A stretch of 64,000 nt of DNA, from assembly GCA_963815115.1 (NCBI GenBank), contig CAWFFN010000008.1, forward strand, positions 32,001 to 96,000. Reading direction: 5' to 3'. A model generated the notes under the pieces. It had not been told where the DNA came from and made no database searches. It saw only the letters and a program-made list of their open reading frames with translations. The stretch comes from an uncultured delta proteobacterium. Lineage in GTDB: Bacteria; Desulfobacterota; Binatia; DP-6. Below are positions 10,139 through 19,296 of the stretch, one piece after another (the stretch's first letter is position 1; each line of letters begins with the position of its first letter). The position numbers were made by a program, and so were the translations under genes.

Positions 10139-10801
10139 TCAGTGCGGAAGGGCAGTGGCCGCTCGGAGGGACCGCCGGCGGATCCGGACGCGATGCAGCA
10201 GGAGCCCGCCCGTCACGGCGCCGGCGGACAGGTAGATCCCGCGCATCCACGGGACGCCGGCGTCGGTGCCTGCGAGGACGCCGTGCGCGGTGGCGAGCAG
10301 GAAGACGGCGAAGGTGAGGCGGTGCACACGCTGCCAGGTTCGCGCACCGAGGCGGCGTCGCAACGCGAAGCTCGCGTGCACGACGACGGCGAGGTAGGCT
10401 GCGAGCACGCCGAGCGCGACCGGGACGGGACGGTACGTCGCGAGCAGGGGGACGACGACGTCGAGGACGTCGAAGCGGACGAAGCCGTCGCCGAGCAGGA
10501 GCAGGACGTGCGTCGCGACCAGCAGCAGGGTCACGCTCGAGAGCCAGCGGTGTACGTCGACGCTCCGCGCGCGAGCGATCCACCGGTCCGCCGCGCCGGT
10601 GGAGAGGAACAGGCCGAAGGTCACGTCGAGCGCGAGTGCCCCGTACGCCGTCACGCCCGCCGCGCGGGATGCGAGCCACGGCCATGGACCGGCAGCCCGC
10701 GGGACGGCGCCCGCCACGAGAGCGGCCCGCGCGGCGAGCGCATCGAGGACCGCGAGGAGCCCGAGCCCGATCATGACACCCACGATGAGCGCTCTACGCA
10801 T
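10139..10801 (-). CDS. Ferric reductase-like transmembrane domain protein
   Basis: WLASRAAG, VHRWLS, HVLLL, WQRVHRL, HGVLAGTD: four heme-type His in about 6 TM helices. Confidence 0.85.
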   Translation of the reverse strand: MRRALIVGVMIGLGLLAVLDALAARAALVAGAVPRAAGPWPWLASRAAGVTAYGALALDVTFGLFLSTGAADRWIARARSVDVHRWLSSVTLLLVATHVLLLLGDGFVRFDVLDVVVPLLATYRPVPVALGVLAAYLAVVVHASFALRRRLGARTWQRVHRLTFAVFLLATAHGVLAGTDAGVPWMRGIYLSAGAVTGGLLLHRVRIRRRSLRAATALPH

Positions 10802-11693
10802 CGGCCACCTCCACGTCCCCGACCAGCTCGACGCGCCCATCCCGATGCACGAGCACCGCGCCGACAGCCGGCATGGGCTCGAGAAAGCGGCGCGCGGCGC
10901 GTGCACGGAGAATGAACGCCGTCTTGGCCAGCACGTCCGCCAGCTCGGTGCTGGCCGCGGCAACCGTCACCTGCGCGAGATCCGAGTCGGCGGAGTGCTG
11001 CGCGCGCGGATCGATCAGGTGGTGGGCCTGCGCGGCGCCGAGCCGCCACCGGCGGCGATTCGGCGCGCTGGTGGCGACGGCACCATCGCGCACGCGAAGC
11101 GTGACGACGACTCGGGTCGGATCCGCCGGATCCTCGACATCGATCAACCAGCCTCTGCCATCGAGTCCGTGGCCGCGCACGAAGGCGTCGCCGCCCGCAT
11201 CGATCACCCCCGGCGCGGGGAGCAGGGGGGCGGCGACGTCAACGGTGCGGCCCTTCATGAACCCGCCGAGGTCGATCTGGAGGCCTGGCGGACGGTGCAC
11301 CGAGCGCGTCGTCTCGTCGAGCACCACCTCGAGGAAGCTCGCCGGCCGGGGGGTTCCGGCAGGCAGGTCCCGGTCCATGCTGCCCGGAGAGAACGAACGC
11401 TCGTACCCGAGCGCCGCCAGCGCGGCGCTGATGGCGGGATCGAACACGCCCCTCGTGAACCGGGTGTGCTGCCGGGCCCGGCGAAGGACGTCGAACATCT
11501 CCGCGGAGACGGTCACGGGCCCGATGGCACGATTCAGCGTCGCCAGCTCGCTGTCTGGGCGGAAGCGACTGAACCTGCGCTCGCTCGCGGAGAACACGCC
11601 TGCAACCCGCCGTGCGACCGCCTCCTCGTCGGCCGGATCGAGTCCGGGCACCGCGATGGCGACGTCGGTGTTCATCGCACGGAACGTGACCAT
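10794..11693 (-). CDS. apbE: FAD:protein FMN transferase (ApbE family)
   Basis: FRAMNT, FSRFRPDSEL, DLGGFMKG, DAGGD, AVATS, HHLIDPR. TAATG coupling to the upstream gene. Confidence 0.92.
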   Translation of the reverse strand: MVTFRAMNTDVAIAVPGLDPADEEAVARRVAGVFSASERRFSRFRPDSELATLNRAIGPVTVSAEMFDVLRRARQHTRFTRGVFDPAISAALAALGYERSFSPGSMDRDLPAGTPRPASFLEVVLDETTRSVHRPPGLQIDLGGFMKGRTVDVAAPLLPAPGVIDAGGDAFVRGHGLDGRGWLIDVEDPADPTRVVVTLRVRDGAVATSAPNRRRWRLGAAQAHHLIDPRAQHSADSDLAQVTVAAASTELADVLAKTAFILRARAARRFLEPMPAVGAVLVHRDGRVELVGDVEVADA

Positions 11694-12046
11694 TACGAGC
11701 TCCGGGTTCTCACCCGCACCGGCCGCGTCGCCGACGCGCGCACCATGCGCGGCCGCGCTACGCGCGTGGGAAGTGCGGCATGCGTCCAGCCGGCCGGAAG
11801 GGTCACGACCGGTCGCCTCGAGAGAGAGAGGTCCGAGAGCCAGACGGGTCCCTGGCCGCGCTCGACACGCGTTCCCTGCCGCGCGATCGGTGGCGCGGTC
11901 GCCTGCGCCTCGGGAGGGAGCGATCTGCTCAACGCGAGCCAGACGACGAGGTAGGTGCTCGCGAGTACGCGGGTGAGCAGAAGCCGCCACTCGAGCGCCG
12001 ACAGCATGAGCACCGGCGGCCGCGCGGGCGTTGGCTCAGTCTTCAT
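11693..12046 (-). CDS. Small membrane-anchored protein ending in RTRSS
   Basis: One TM segment and a Pro/Arg-rich tail; translationally coupled to apbE. Confidence 0.7.
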   Translation of the reverse strand: MKTEPTPARPPVLMLSALEWRLLLTRVLASTYLVVWLALSRSLPPEAQATAPPIARQGTRVERGQGPVWLSDLSLSRRPVVTLPAGWTHAALPTRVARPRMVRASATRPVRVRTRSS

Positions 12047-12404
12047 CGTGGTCCTCGTGGTCGTCGTCCTCGCGATCGACCACTCGCCGCCGGGTGCCGG
12101 CAGACGCGAGCTGAGGGGTTCCGTGCCTGGTCGACGGACGTCTGGGCATGGTGGTGGCAGGGGTGGGAGGCTCGGGTTGGACCGGTACGAGGACCACCTG
12201 AGGCACCTGGTGTGGCTCCTGGCCGCGGGGCGCCGAGTCGGCCGCTGTCGAAGCCGCGACCGCTGTCTCGGACGGTGCTGGCGGCCGCAATGGCTGGAGG
12301 TAGCCGAGGAGCGTGCCTGCCGTCACCCCTACGGCCAGCGTCACGGACGCCGTCGCGGCCGCGATCATCAACCCTACTCGCCCACTCATCGAATCCTGCG
12401 TCAT
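12036..12404 (-). CDS. Small membrane-anchored protein with acidic/His C-terminus
   Basis: N-terminal TM; tail DREDDDHEDHDED; RBS AGGAGG-like; overlaps the next gene. Confidence 0.65.
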   Translation of the reverse strand: MTQDSMSGRVGLMIAAATASVTLAVGVTAGTLLGYLQPLRPPAPSETAVAASTAADSAPRGQEPHQVPQVVLVPVQPEPPTPATTMPRRPSTRHGTPQLASAGTRRRVVDREDDDHEDHDED

Positions 12405-12480
12405 CGAGAGCCTCCTTCCGATCAGGCGACCTCGTGGTCGTCCTGCTTGCGGTGGATTCAACCAATCCGCCGCCGCCTCG

Positions 12481-12500
12481 TCCATGCGACGGATGTGATA
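12481..12500. promoter_or_regulatory. Putative operator/promoter of membrane-anchored LuxR regulator (copy 1)
   Basis: TCCATGCGACGGATGTGATA, 18/20 identical to 18756-18775 upstream of the paralog. Core palindrome TCCRT-N3-AYGGA. Confidence 0.55.
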
Positions 12501-12528
12501 CACGAGTGAGTCCGGAGGGTTGGCACGC

Positions 12529-13116
12529 GTGACTGACACGGATGACGGAGACGACAAGGGGCTGACGGCGGCGCTGCTCGCGGTCTTCACCCTGATCGCG
12601 GTGCTCGCTGTGGTGGACCTGGTGGCCGACGCGCGCGGCGGGACGTGGTGGCACCACCTCGTGGCCGAAGGCGCGGTCGCCGTCGTCGGGCTGTGCGGGC
12701 TCGTCTGGATGGCCGTCCGCTTCCGCGCCATCTCCGTCCGCGCTCGCCGCTACGCCGAACACGCGGAGTCCCTGCAGCAGTCCCTTGACGCCTCTCGTCG
12801 CGAGTCTGAACGGTGGCGCGGGGAGGCGGCCGACCTCATCGCCGGACTGAGCATGGCCATCGATCGTCAGCTCGACCGCTGGGGGCTCACGCCTGCCGAG
12901 AAAGAAGTCGCCCTGCTGCTCCTGAAGGGGCTCAGCCACAAGGAAATCGCCGGGGTGCGGGAGGTAAGCGAGGCGACCGTCCGCCAGCAGGCGACGGCTC
13001 TCTACCGCAAGGCGGGGCTCGCGGGGCGCCACGATCTCGCGGCGTTCTTCCTCGAAGATCTGCTGGGCCCCCGATCACCCGATCCGGAGAGCGTGTTCTC
13101 GACGGTCACGAGCTGA
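12529..13116 (+). CDS. Membrane-anchored LuxR/CsgD-type HTH regulator
   Basis: Two TMs, a coiled coil, then WGLTPAEKEVALLLLKGLSHKEIA...TVRQQATALYRKAG. Confidence 0.9.
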   Translation: MTDTDDGDDKGLTAALLAVFTLIAVLAVVDLVADARGGTWWHHLVAEGAVAVVGLCGLVWMAVRFRAISVRARRYAEHAESLQQSLDASRRESERWRGEAADLIAGLSMAIDRQLDRWGLTPAEKEVALLLLKGLSHKEIAGVREVSEATVRQQATALYRKAGLAGRHDLAAFFLEDLLGPRSPDPESVFSTVTS

Positions 13117-13176
13117 GCGCTTCCGACTGCTCGTGGCCATGACGAGAGGGGCCAGCGACCATGCCCCGCTGCCTAC

Positions 13177-13872
13177 TCACGCAACGGTGCCGAATATGGC
13201 ACCGACGGCCGCTGTGAGCGCCATGGCCAAGGCTCCCCAGAACGTCACTCGTGCAGCCCCAACCGCGACATTCGCGCCGCCTACGCGTGCAGCCAAGACG
13301 CCCATGATCGCCAAGAACACCAGAGAGCTTCCCGCCACGAACGGGATCATGACCGACGACGGACTGATCACCACCATCACGAGAGGCATGCCCGCGCCCG
13401 TGGCGAAGGTGGCCGCTGAAGCCCATGCCGCCTGAATCGGTCGCGCGCTGTGCGTCTCCGACAACCCCAGCTCATCGCGGACATGGGCCGCAAGCGCGTC
13501 GTGTCTCATGAGCTGATCCGCGACTTGCTCTGCCAGGGACGGATCAAGCCCCCTCTGGACGTAGATCCTTGCAAGTTCGTGGCGCTCATACGCTTCGTCC
13601 CGCTCGAGTTCGCCGCGTTCACGTTCGAGATCGGCTCTTTCGGTGTCTGCCTGCGAGCTGACCGAGACATATTCCCCGGCCGCCATCGACATCGCACCGG
13701 CCACGAGTCCTGCGGTCCCGGCGACCAGCACGTCGGCGCGCGAGGCGTGCGCGGCGGCCACTCCCACCACCAGGCTTGCGGTTGAAACGATGCCATCGTT
13801 CGCGCCCAGTACCGCTGCACGCAACCAGCCTATCCGCTCGGCAAAGTGTCGCTCAGAATGGCGTCTTGGCAT
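13177..13872 (-). CDS. VIT1/CCC1 family Fe2+/Mn2+ transporter
   Basis: WLRAAVLGANDGIVS, GAMSMAAGEYVSVSSQ. Confidence 0.93.
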   Translation of the reverse strand: MPRRHSERHFAERIGWLRAAVLGANDGIVSTASLVVGVAAAHASRADVLVAGTAGLVAGAMSMAAGEYVSVSSQADTERADLERERGELERDEAYERHELARIYVQRGLDPSLAEQVADQLMRHDALAAHVRDELGLSETHSARPIQAAWASAATFATGAGMPLVMVVISPSSVMIPFVAGSSLVFLAIMGVLAARVGGANVAVGAARVTFWGALAMALTAAVGAIFGTVA

Positions 13873-14011
13873 TCCTATGCCCGGATACTGCAGCAAAATG
13901 TTGCGTTATTGAAGACGAGACCACCTGCCTCGAAGCTCGTCGCGGTCGGTCGGCGGGACGTACGGGCGAAGACAGGAGGGAGCGGGTCGTTCCCGTCCAC
14001 TCGGTACGGAA

Positions 14012-14065
14012 GGGCAGCGGGCTGGTGGGAGCCGCGAGGGCAAAATCGGGCGTTTGAAAGCTCCT
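14012..14065 (+). repeat. Dispersed ~55-bp repeat copy A (IS91/ISCR oriIS-end-like)
   Basis: GGGCAGCGGGCTGGTGGG...GAGGGCAAAATCGGGCGTTTGAAAGCTCCT, similar to 15339-15392 and 22356-22410. Confidence 0.55.
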
Positions 14066-14142
14066 CGACGCGTTCGTCGACGACGTCGCCAGCGACCTGG
14101 TGCCGTAGCGGCGCGCAGCAAGAAAATCCGTGGCGCACGGGC

Positions 14143-14244
14143 GGGGTGATTTGACCCAGGTGGGTCGAATCACCCGGCGCACCTGGCGGGTGCGCGGGAG
14201 ATCGCGGGCGCCGGCGGGCCGCCGCTCTCGGCACGCGACGTGCA
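14143..14244 (+). promoter_or_regulatory. Paired upstream activator sites plus sigma54 promoter of Cys-repeat gene 1
   Basis: Inverted pair GGGGTGATTTGACCCA (14143-14158) / TGGGTCGAATCACCCG (14161-14176); CGGCACGCGACGTGCA (14229-14244, GG-N10-GC). Confidence 0.6.
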
Positions 14245-14271
14245 CAGTCCATTCGCGGAGGATCTGCACCA

Positions 14272-15333
14272 ATGCTTCGATGTACATGTTCCGCGCGCCG
14301 CGCGCGGCTCGCCATTGTCGGGCCTACGATCGCTCTCCTGCTGGTCGGAATGGCGGCCGGGGCAAGCGTGGCGGCACCGATCGTCGTCCGGCAGACGCTT
14401 CGTGCGACCGGCGACGATGCCGACGCACGCGGCAAGGCCATCTTCAAGGTCCGTGGCAAGGGAAGCCGCCGCAGCGGGACGCTCGTGGTGACCGCCGCGA
14501 AGCTCGAGCGCAGGTCGTCCCTCGAGGTCACGATCGACGGCGTGCGCATCGGCACCCTGCCGACGTCCGGGCGGGGCGCCGGTCGCGCTCGCTTCCGTAC
14601 CGTGCCCCGCGGCGATGACCAGCTGCTCGGCATCGATCCGCGCGGCCGCACGATTGCGCTGGTAGGGACGGGCGGTGCGGCGGTTCTCGCGGCCGGCCTG
14701 CCGTCGAAGGGGCTCGATCCGGGCGACGTGCGGTGCTGTGTGCCGGACGACTCGGGGCCCGAGTGCGAGGATCGCACCGTGGCGGAGTGCGCGGCCCAGG
14801 GCGGCGTCGACCTCGGCCCGGGTTCGTGTCTCCCCAATCCCTGCGGGAGCAGCCCGACCGATCCCGGCGGCGACATCCGCTGCTGCCTCCCAGACGACTC
14901 GGGGCCCGAATGCGAGGATCGCACCGTGGCGGAGTGCGCGGCCCAGGGCGGCGTCAACATCGGCGCGGGGTCGTGCGCGCCGAATCCGTGCGGAACGGCG
15001 ACGCCGCCGGTCGGTGGCACGGCGACCGTCGAGATCACGTGCGAGCGGCGCGCGGACCGTTCGAAGATCTCCGTGAACGGAAAGGGCCTCGCGAGCGGGA
15101 GCTATCGCGCGCGGGTGACGTCGGGCGCCAATACGGCCACTGCCGGCCCCAGGTCGACGGTCGGCGACGAGGTCGAGTTCGACTTCGATAGCGCGCCGGA
15201 CGACGTCGCCGCCGGAGCGACCGCCATCGCGGGTACGTTCGTGCAAGGGGTTCCCCCGCGGGTCGCGGGTACCATCGAAACCGCGGCGGGCGCCGTCGTC
15301 GCGGAAGCGATGGCAACCTGCGCAGAGCGCTAG
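14272..15333 (+). CDS. Secreted Cys-rich repeat protein, paralog 1 (2 repeats)
   Basis: RBS GGAGGA, signal peptide, basic N-domain (LLGIDPRGR), repeats at 14734-14844 and 14881-14991, C-domain CERRADRSKISV...GDEVEFDFDS. Confidence 0.85.
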   Translation: MLRCTCSARRARLAIVGPTIALLLVGMAAGASVAAPIVVRQTLRATGDDADARGKAIFKVRGKGSRRSGTLVVTAAKLERRSSLEVTIDGVRIGTLPTSGRGAGRARFRTVPRGDDQLLGIDPRGRTIALVGTGGAAVLAAGLPSKGLDPGDVRCCVPDDSGPECEDRTVAECAAQGGVDLGPGSCLPNPCGSSPTDPGGDIRCCLPDDSGPECEDRTVAECAAQGGVNIGAGSCAPNPCGTATPPVGGTATVEITCERRADRSKISVNGKGLASGSYRARVTSGANTATAGPRSTVGDEVEFDFDSAPDDVAAGATAIAGTFVQGVPPRVAGTIETAAGAVVAEAMATCAER

Positions 15334-15338
15334 AGACT

Positions 15339-15392
15339 CGCCGGGCAGAGGGCTGGTAGGGGTGAAGGGCAATTCGCCGTTTGAAGCTCCTT
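15339..15392 (+). repeat. Dispersed ~55-bp repeat copy B
   Basis: CGCCGGGCAGAGGGCTGGTAGGGGTGAAGGGCAATTCGCCGTTTGAAGCTCCT. Confidence 0.6.
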
Positions 15393-15398
15393 TGAAGC

Positions 15399-16851
15399 CA
15401 ATGCCGGTCACTTAACGCGGGATCCCAGCGGTGCGGGACGTTTCCGGAGATAGCGACTGATCTTGAGCTTGACGGCGCGCGGGTAGCGGCGGGCGCGGCG
15501 GTCGGGGAGCACGAAGAGCGCGAGGTCGTCGAGGAGCGCCTCGATGCGGCGGGGCAACACGCCGGGTGGCGTGAGCCACGCGGTGTGCCAGAAGGCGCGC
15601 AGCGCCAGGAGCGCGTGGCGATAGCTCAAGCGCACGGGTGGCACGCCGGCACGCGGGGCGGCGCGGCTCATGACGAGGCGAACGAGGTTGTAGGCGAGTA
15701 GCAGCCCCCACACTTCCTGCTCCACGCGGGCGGGCGCTTTGCTCCGCAACGCCTCGGCGCGCTCAAGCGTGTGGGTCTTGAGTTCGTCGAAGGCGAGTTC
15801 GAGTTCCCAGCGGTCGTGGTAGAGCGCGGCCAGCTCGGCGGCCGGCGCGGTGGCGGGGTTGAGTAGTGAGGTGAAGAGCCAATAGGGGCAAAAGCCGCGA
15901 CGCTGGACGCGCACGGCGCGCACCCGCAGCGTGGGGGGCAGGTCGGGATGTTTGGCGCAGGTGATGCTGGTCGGTTGCAGCTCCACCAGGGTATCGCCCG
16001 GCGCGAAGCGCTGGACGACCTGGCGCTGCAGCGCGGTGCGCCCGTCGCGGGCACGCACGAGCCAGTGGCGGTCGCGGGTCGGGTCGCTCAGGGCGTGGAA
16101 CAGGGCGTAGCTGCAGAAGCCGCGGTCCAGGATGACCACCGCGTGGTCGGGGAGCGCGTTCCACACCCCGTGCGCCAGCGCGAGTTCGCCGGTGCGAGAA
16201 GAGCCCACAGCTACGGCCGCCAGCAGATGATGGCGCAGGTTGAGGAGCGCGACCACGCGTACCTGCGGATAGCCCGCGCCCGCCCCGTCGGGGCTCGCCG
16301 GGCGGCCGAACGTCGTGACATTCTCGAGCGTATCGGGCACGCGCAGCGTAGTGCCGTCGAGGCCGTAGACGGCGAGCCCCCGCCAGCGCTCGATGGCCGC
16401 CGCCTCGGTGCTCCACACCGTCGCCGTGTGCGAAAACAGCGCGGCCAGCGGGGCGGCGCCGAGCTGATCGCGGGCCTGGACGATGGCCGCATTGCTGACG
16501 CGCCCGCGCTCGCCGCGCCGTGCCGGCACCAGCAGGTCGAGATGGTGCACGACCTCGGTGATGCTGCGATCGCGGAACAGGCCCATGCCGATGACGAGCC
16601 ACACCACATGCTCGGCCAGGAGCTTGCGACGCCGCACCGACGCGGTGCCGGTCGCCGCCAACACCTCGGCGATCCACTGCTTGTCGATCGCCGCGCTGAA
16701 CTGCGCGAAACTCGCCGGGCGCTCGCCCGCGCCCACCGCGAGGATGGCCTCCCCCACCTCCTCGCCCCACCTCCCGTGGGGGAGACCAGTTACTACCTTG
16801 TGGACAAAGGATCCAGAACCCGACCACTTGCGCGCTAACCGACCGGCATTG
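15399..16851 (-). mobile_element. Complete IS4-family insertion sequence (1453 bp)
   Basis: TIRs CAATGCCGGTCACTTA (15399-15414) and TAACCGACCGGCATTG (16836-16851), 14/16 match. 10-bp TSD CCTTTGAAGC at 15389-15398 and 16852-16861. Confidence 0.95.
15408..16757 (-). CDS. IS4-family DDE transposase
   Basis: GLDGTT, LDRGF, YHDRWELELAFDELK (Y-R-E-K motif). The start must lie inside the TIR; GTG 16757 chosen. Confidence 0.92.
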   Translation of the reverse strand: MGEAILAVGAGERPASFAQFSAAIDKQWIAEVLAATGTASVRRRKLLAEHVVWLVIGMGLFRDRSITEVVHHLDLLVPARRGERGRVSNAAIVQARDQLGAAPLAALFSHTATVWSTEAAAIERWRGLAVYGLDGTTLRVPDTLENVTTFGRPASPDGAGAGYPQVRVVALLNLRHHLLAAVAVGSSRTGELALAHGVWNALPDHAVVILDRGFCSYALFHALSDPTRDRHWLVRARDGRTALQRQVVQRFAPGDTLVELQPTSITCAKHPDLPPTLRVRAVRVQRRGFCPYWLFTSLLNPATAPAAELAALYHDRWELELAFDELKTHTLERAEALRSKAPARVEQEVWGLLLAYNLVRLVMSRAAPRAGVPPVRLSYRHALLALRAFWHTAWLTPPGVLPRRIEALLDDLALFVLPDRRARRYPRAVKLKISRYLRKRPAPLGSRVK

Positions 16852-16929
16852 CCTTTGAAGCCTCTATCCGTCAAACCGCTCTGGCACCGATTCCGCCGAA
16901 TCACGCTTTGTCAGCAACCTTGCTATGGT

Positions 16930-17230
16930 GCAACCAGCGTCCGTGGCAGCCGGCGGTCGTCGTCGAACCCAGTTGCTGCTTCGGTGGATCCTTGAACCTG
17001 TCGCCCGTCCTTATGACCGCCCTCACCGTCCTCGCAGCTCGCGTGCACCAAGACTCTGCGCTCGCACCCGAGCTTCGTGCCGGCCACCGCCGACGCTTGT
17101 ACGCCAGGGGGTGGCGTTCTTCGTGCTGCTGTACAGCTTCCCGGCCGCTATGGTGCTCTACTGGACCGCGAACAATCTGTGGCACGTCTTGAAGGTCGTC
17201 GCGGGCCGCTCGGTCGCCCACCCTCGCTGA
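16930..17230 (+). pseudogene. YidC/Oxa1 membrane insertase C-terminal fragment
   Basis: LNLSPVLMTALT.../frameshift/ FFVLLYSFPAAMVLYWTANNLW. Confidence 0.65.
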
Positions 17231-17279
17231 CGCGATCCGCGGCGCGCCGGCTCGAGCCGGACCCGGTGCTCCACGATCC

Positions 17280-17530
17280 CGGCTCGAGCTGCCAGAGGCG
17301 GCGGACCGGGATCGCCGCCCGGAGCCTCGCCCGCCATGTCCTCCGGCCACCGATCGCGCAGCACCGGCTGACGCGTACCGCCGACGGCCGGGTGACGAAC
17401 GGGGTCTTCGATGGCGGCCACCACGCGCATGCGGTCGCCCCATCGCGCACAGGCCAGCATCTCCACGCGCCCGACGTGCGTCCGCCGCCCGCCCTGGCGC
17501 CGGGCCCGGCCAGCGAACTCGGGGCCCGAC
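17280..17530. pseudogene. IS91-family (Y2) transposase remnants, head-to-head
   Basis: Plus strand LARHVLRPPIAQHRLTRTADGRV (cf. LCRY..RPP.A..RL....DG.V). Minus strand EMLACARWGDRMRVVAAIEDP (cf. C..CGG.MR..A.IEDP). Confidence 0.65.
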
Positions 17531-17709
17531 TCGTCTCAGGGCAGGGCATGGTTCGGCCGGTGGCGTGCGTCGCCAGCGTCAAGGTGACCCATGGCCCGGG
17601 CGGGAAAGCGATGAAGAGATCGCGGCGACGTGTGGCCAGCCACGCTGTCCGATCCGGAGCGATGAGGGACTCGAGCACGTTGGAGGGGCGGACCCGATCG
17701 TACGCTACG

Positions 17710-18184
17710 CCCGCACGCTCGAGCACGTAGCCGCGGCGTTCGAGTTCCCATGGCCGCGCGGGCGCGGACGACGAGGATGCGCCCCGCCGGTGGCGCCTCG
17801 AGGGCCGTCGCGCCAAGCTCAGGCAGCAGCAGGCGGCCACCGGCGGCCAACCGAAGCTCGGCCGCCGTGTTTTCGGGGAGGGCGATTCCGAGTGCATGCT
17901 CACCCGCGGGGCCGAGCGACAGCAGACGTTGCGCCGTAAGTGGTTCAGCAGCCGGCGCAAAGACTGGATGGATGAAGCTTTCCGCCGTTCCAAACAGCAT
18001 CAGGGCGAGACCGGCAAACCCGAGCGGCGTCCCCCGGACGCTCACTCCACCGTCGGTCGCGGCGCAGGCCCACGCGGCGAGAGTGCCACCCGTGATCCAG
18101 GTGACTCCGGTCAGCACGAGTGACCGACGCCGATGCGACGACCAGCAAGAGGCCGTGACGGGTGTGGGTAGTGTCTGCCTGCAT
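17710..18184 (-). pseudogene. Frameshifted hypothetical membrane protein
   Basis: RBS GAGGAG + MQADTTHTRHGLLLVV, continuing in another frame as VLTGVTWITGG...; the 3' part runs into the IS91 remnant region. Confidence 0.4.
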
Positions 18185-18215
18185 GACTATTCGCTCCTCG
18201 TGGTTGGGGTTGGAG

Positions 18216-18692
18216 TCACTGGTCTCGCGGCGCAGGGACGAAGTAGGCGTTGGCAGCGCCATGCTGGTACACGAGCCGCCCGCCCGTCTCCCCGGTGCGA
18301 TAGCCGAGGAAGAGCACCAGCAGCGTGCCGAGGGTGGTCGCGATCGCGAGCTGGCGTGCATGTCGCTCATCACGGAATGCGGCTGCCGCGATGGCGAGCA
18401 GGAACACCGCGCCCGTGCCCCAGACGAACCGTTCGGCGGCCGCCTCGTGAGACTCGATCAGCCGTTCGGCGACCACACGCTCGACGCGATCCTCCTCCGT
18501 TTCGCCGGTACGCAGGCCGGCGACCCCACTGGCGAGCAACATCCCCTGAAGCAGCACGGCGATGATCCAGGTGCGCCGTGGCAGGACGTCGGCCCACCAC
18601 GCCGCCAGCAGACCGGCGGACATCAGCGGCATCAGCACGGCGAGCGCGATCGGGAGGTGAACGATCTTCGGATGCAGCGGCAGCAGATCCAT
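18216..18692 (-). CDS. DUF2231-like membrane protein
   Basis: LHPKIVHLPIAL, HE...A, GETGGRLVYQHGA; RBS AGGAGG. Confidence 0.8.
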   Translation of the reverse strand: MDLLPLHPKIVHLPIALAVLMPLMSAGLLAAWWADVLPRRTWIIAVLLQGMLLASGVAGLRTGETEEDRVERVVAERLIESHEAAAERFVWGTGAVFLLAIAAAAFRDERHARQLAIATTLGTLLVLFLGYRTGETGGRLVYQHGAANAYFVPAPRDQ

Positions 18693-18755
18693 GGCGAGCC
18701 TCCTTGTGCGTATTCGAGGGTTCGACTCCAAGACTGCGCGCCGGCTTCGCGCGCA

Positions 18756-18775
18756 TCCATCCGACGGACGTGATA
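18756..18775. promoter_or_regulatory. Putative operator/promoter of membrane-anchored LuxR regulator (copy 2)
   Basis: TCCATCCGACGGACGTGATA, 18/20 identical to 12481-12500. Confidence 0.55.
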
Positions 18776-18788
18776 GGCACCGGATTTC

Positions 18789-19113
18789 ATGGAGTTAGAC
18801 GACCGGCCTGCGACGGATGACGGACGCGACCGACGGCTCGCGAGCGGGCTAGCGGCGGTGTTTGCGGGGATCGCGATCCTCGCGGGGGCCGACCTCGCCG
18901 CGGACCTCCGCGACACCACCGACCGTTCGCCACGTGCTCCTCGAGGACGTCGTCGGCGTGCTTGGCCTGGGTGGCTTCGTATGGATGAGCGCGCGCCAGC
19001 GAGCTCTTCTCCGTGAGACCCGCCACCTCACCGACCGCGCCGAGGATCTTGCCCAGCGTCTGGCCATCTCCACCCGGGAGGCCGAGCGCTGGCGACAGGA
19101 AGCGGGCGATCTG
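18789..19113 (+). pseudogene. Truncated, frameshifted paralog of the membrane-anchored LuxR regulator
   Basis: LAAVFAGIAILAGADLAADLR.../HVLLE...REAERWRQEAGDL aligns to the 12529 protein (RESERWRGEAADL). HTH missing. Confidence 0.75.
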
Positions 19114-19116
19114 ACG

Positions 19117-19280
19117 CTCGCCTGGCTCCGCCAACTTCGGCGCCGCGCCGCGGGCCGTCCACGTCGTGCACGGCGAGCCGCCCGCCGCCGATGCGCTCGC
19201 CGCCGCGATCCGCACCCGTCTTGGCTGGCCGTCCGTCGGCGTCGCGGCCGACGGCGCGACCGTCTCGCTCCGTTCCTCAG
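19117..19280 (+). pseudogene. C-terminal fragment of MBL/beta-CASP hydrolase
   Basis: LAWLR../PRAVHVVHGEPPAADALAAAIRTRLGW motif. Confidence 0.6.
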
Positions 19281-19296
19281 CCGCCGGCGGGGCGAT

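Noticed and set aside
16758-16904. Transposase start at 16904
   Set aside because: It lies outside the IS terminal inverted repeat (16851).
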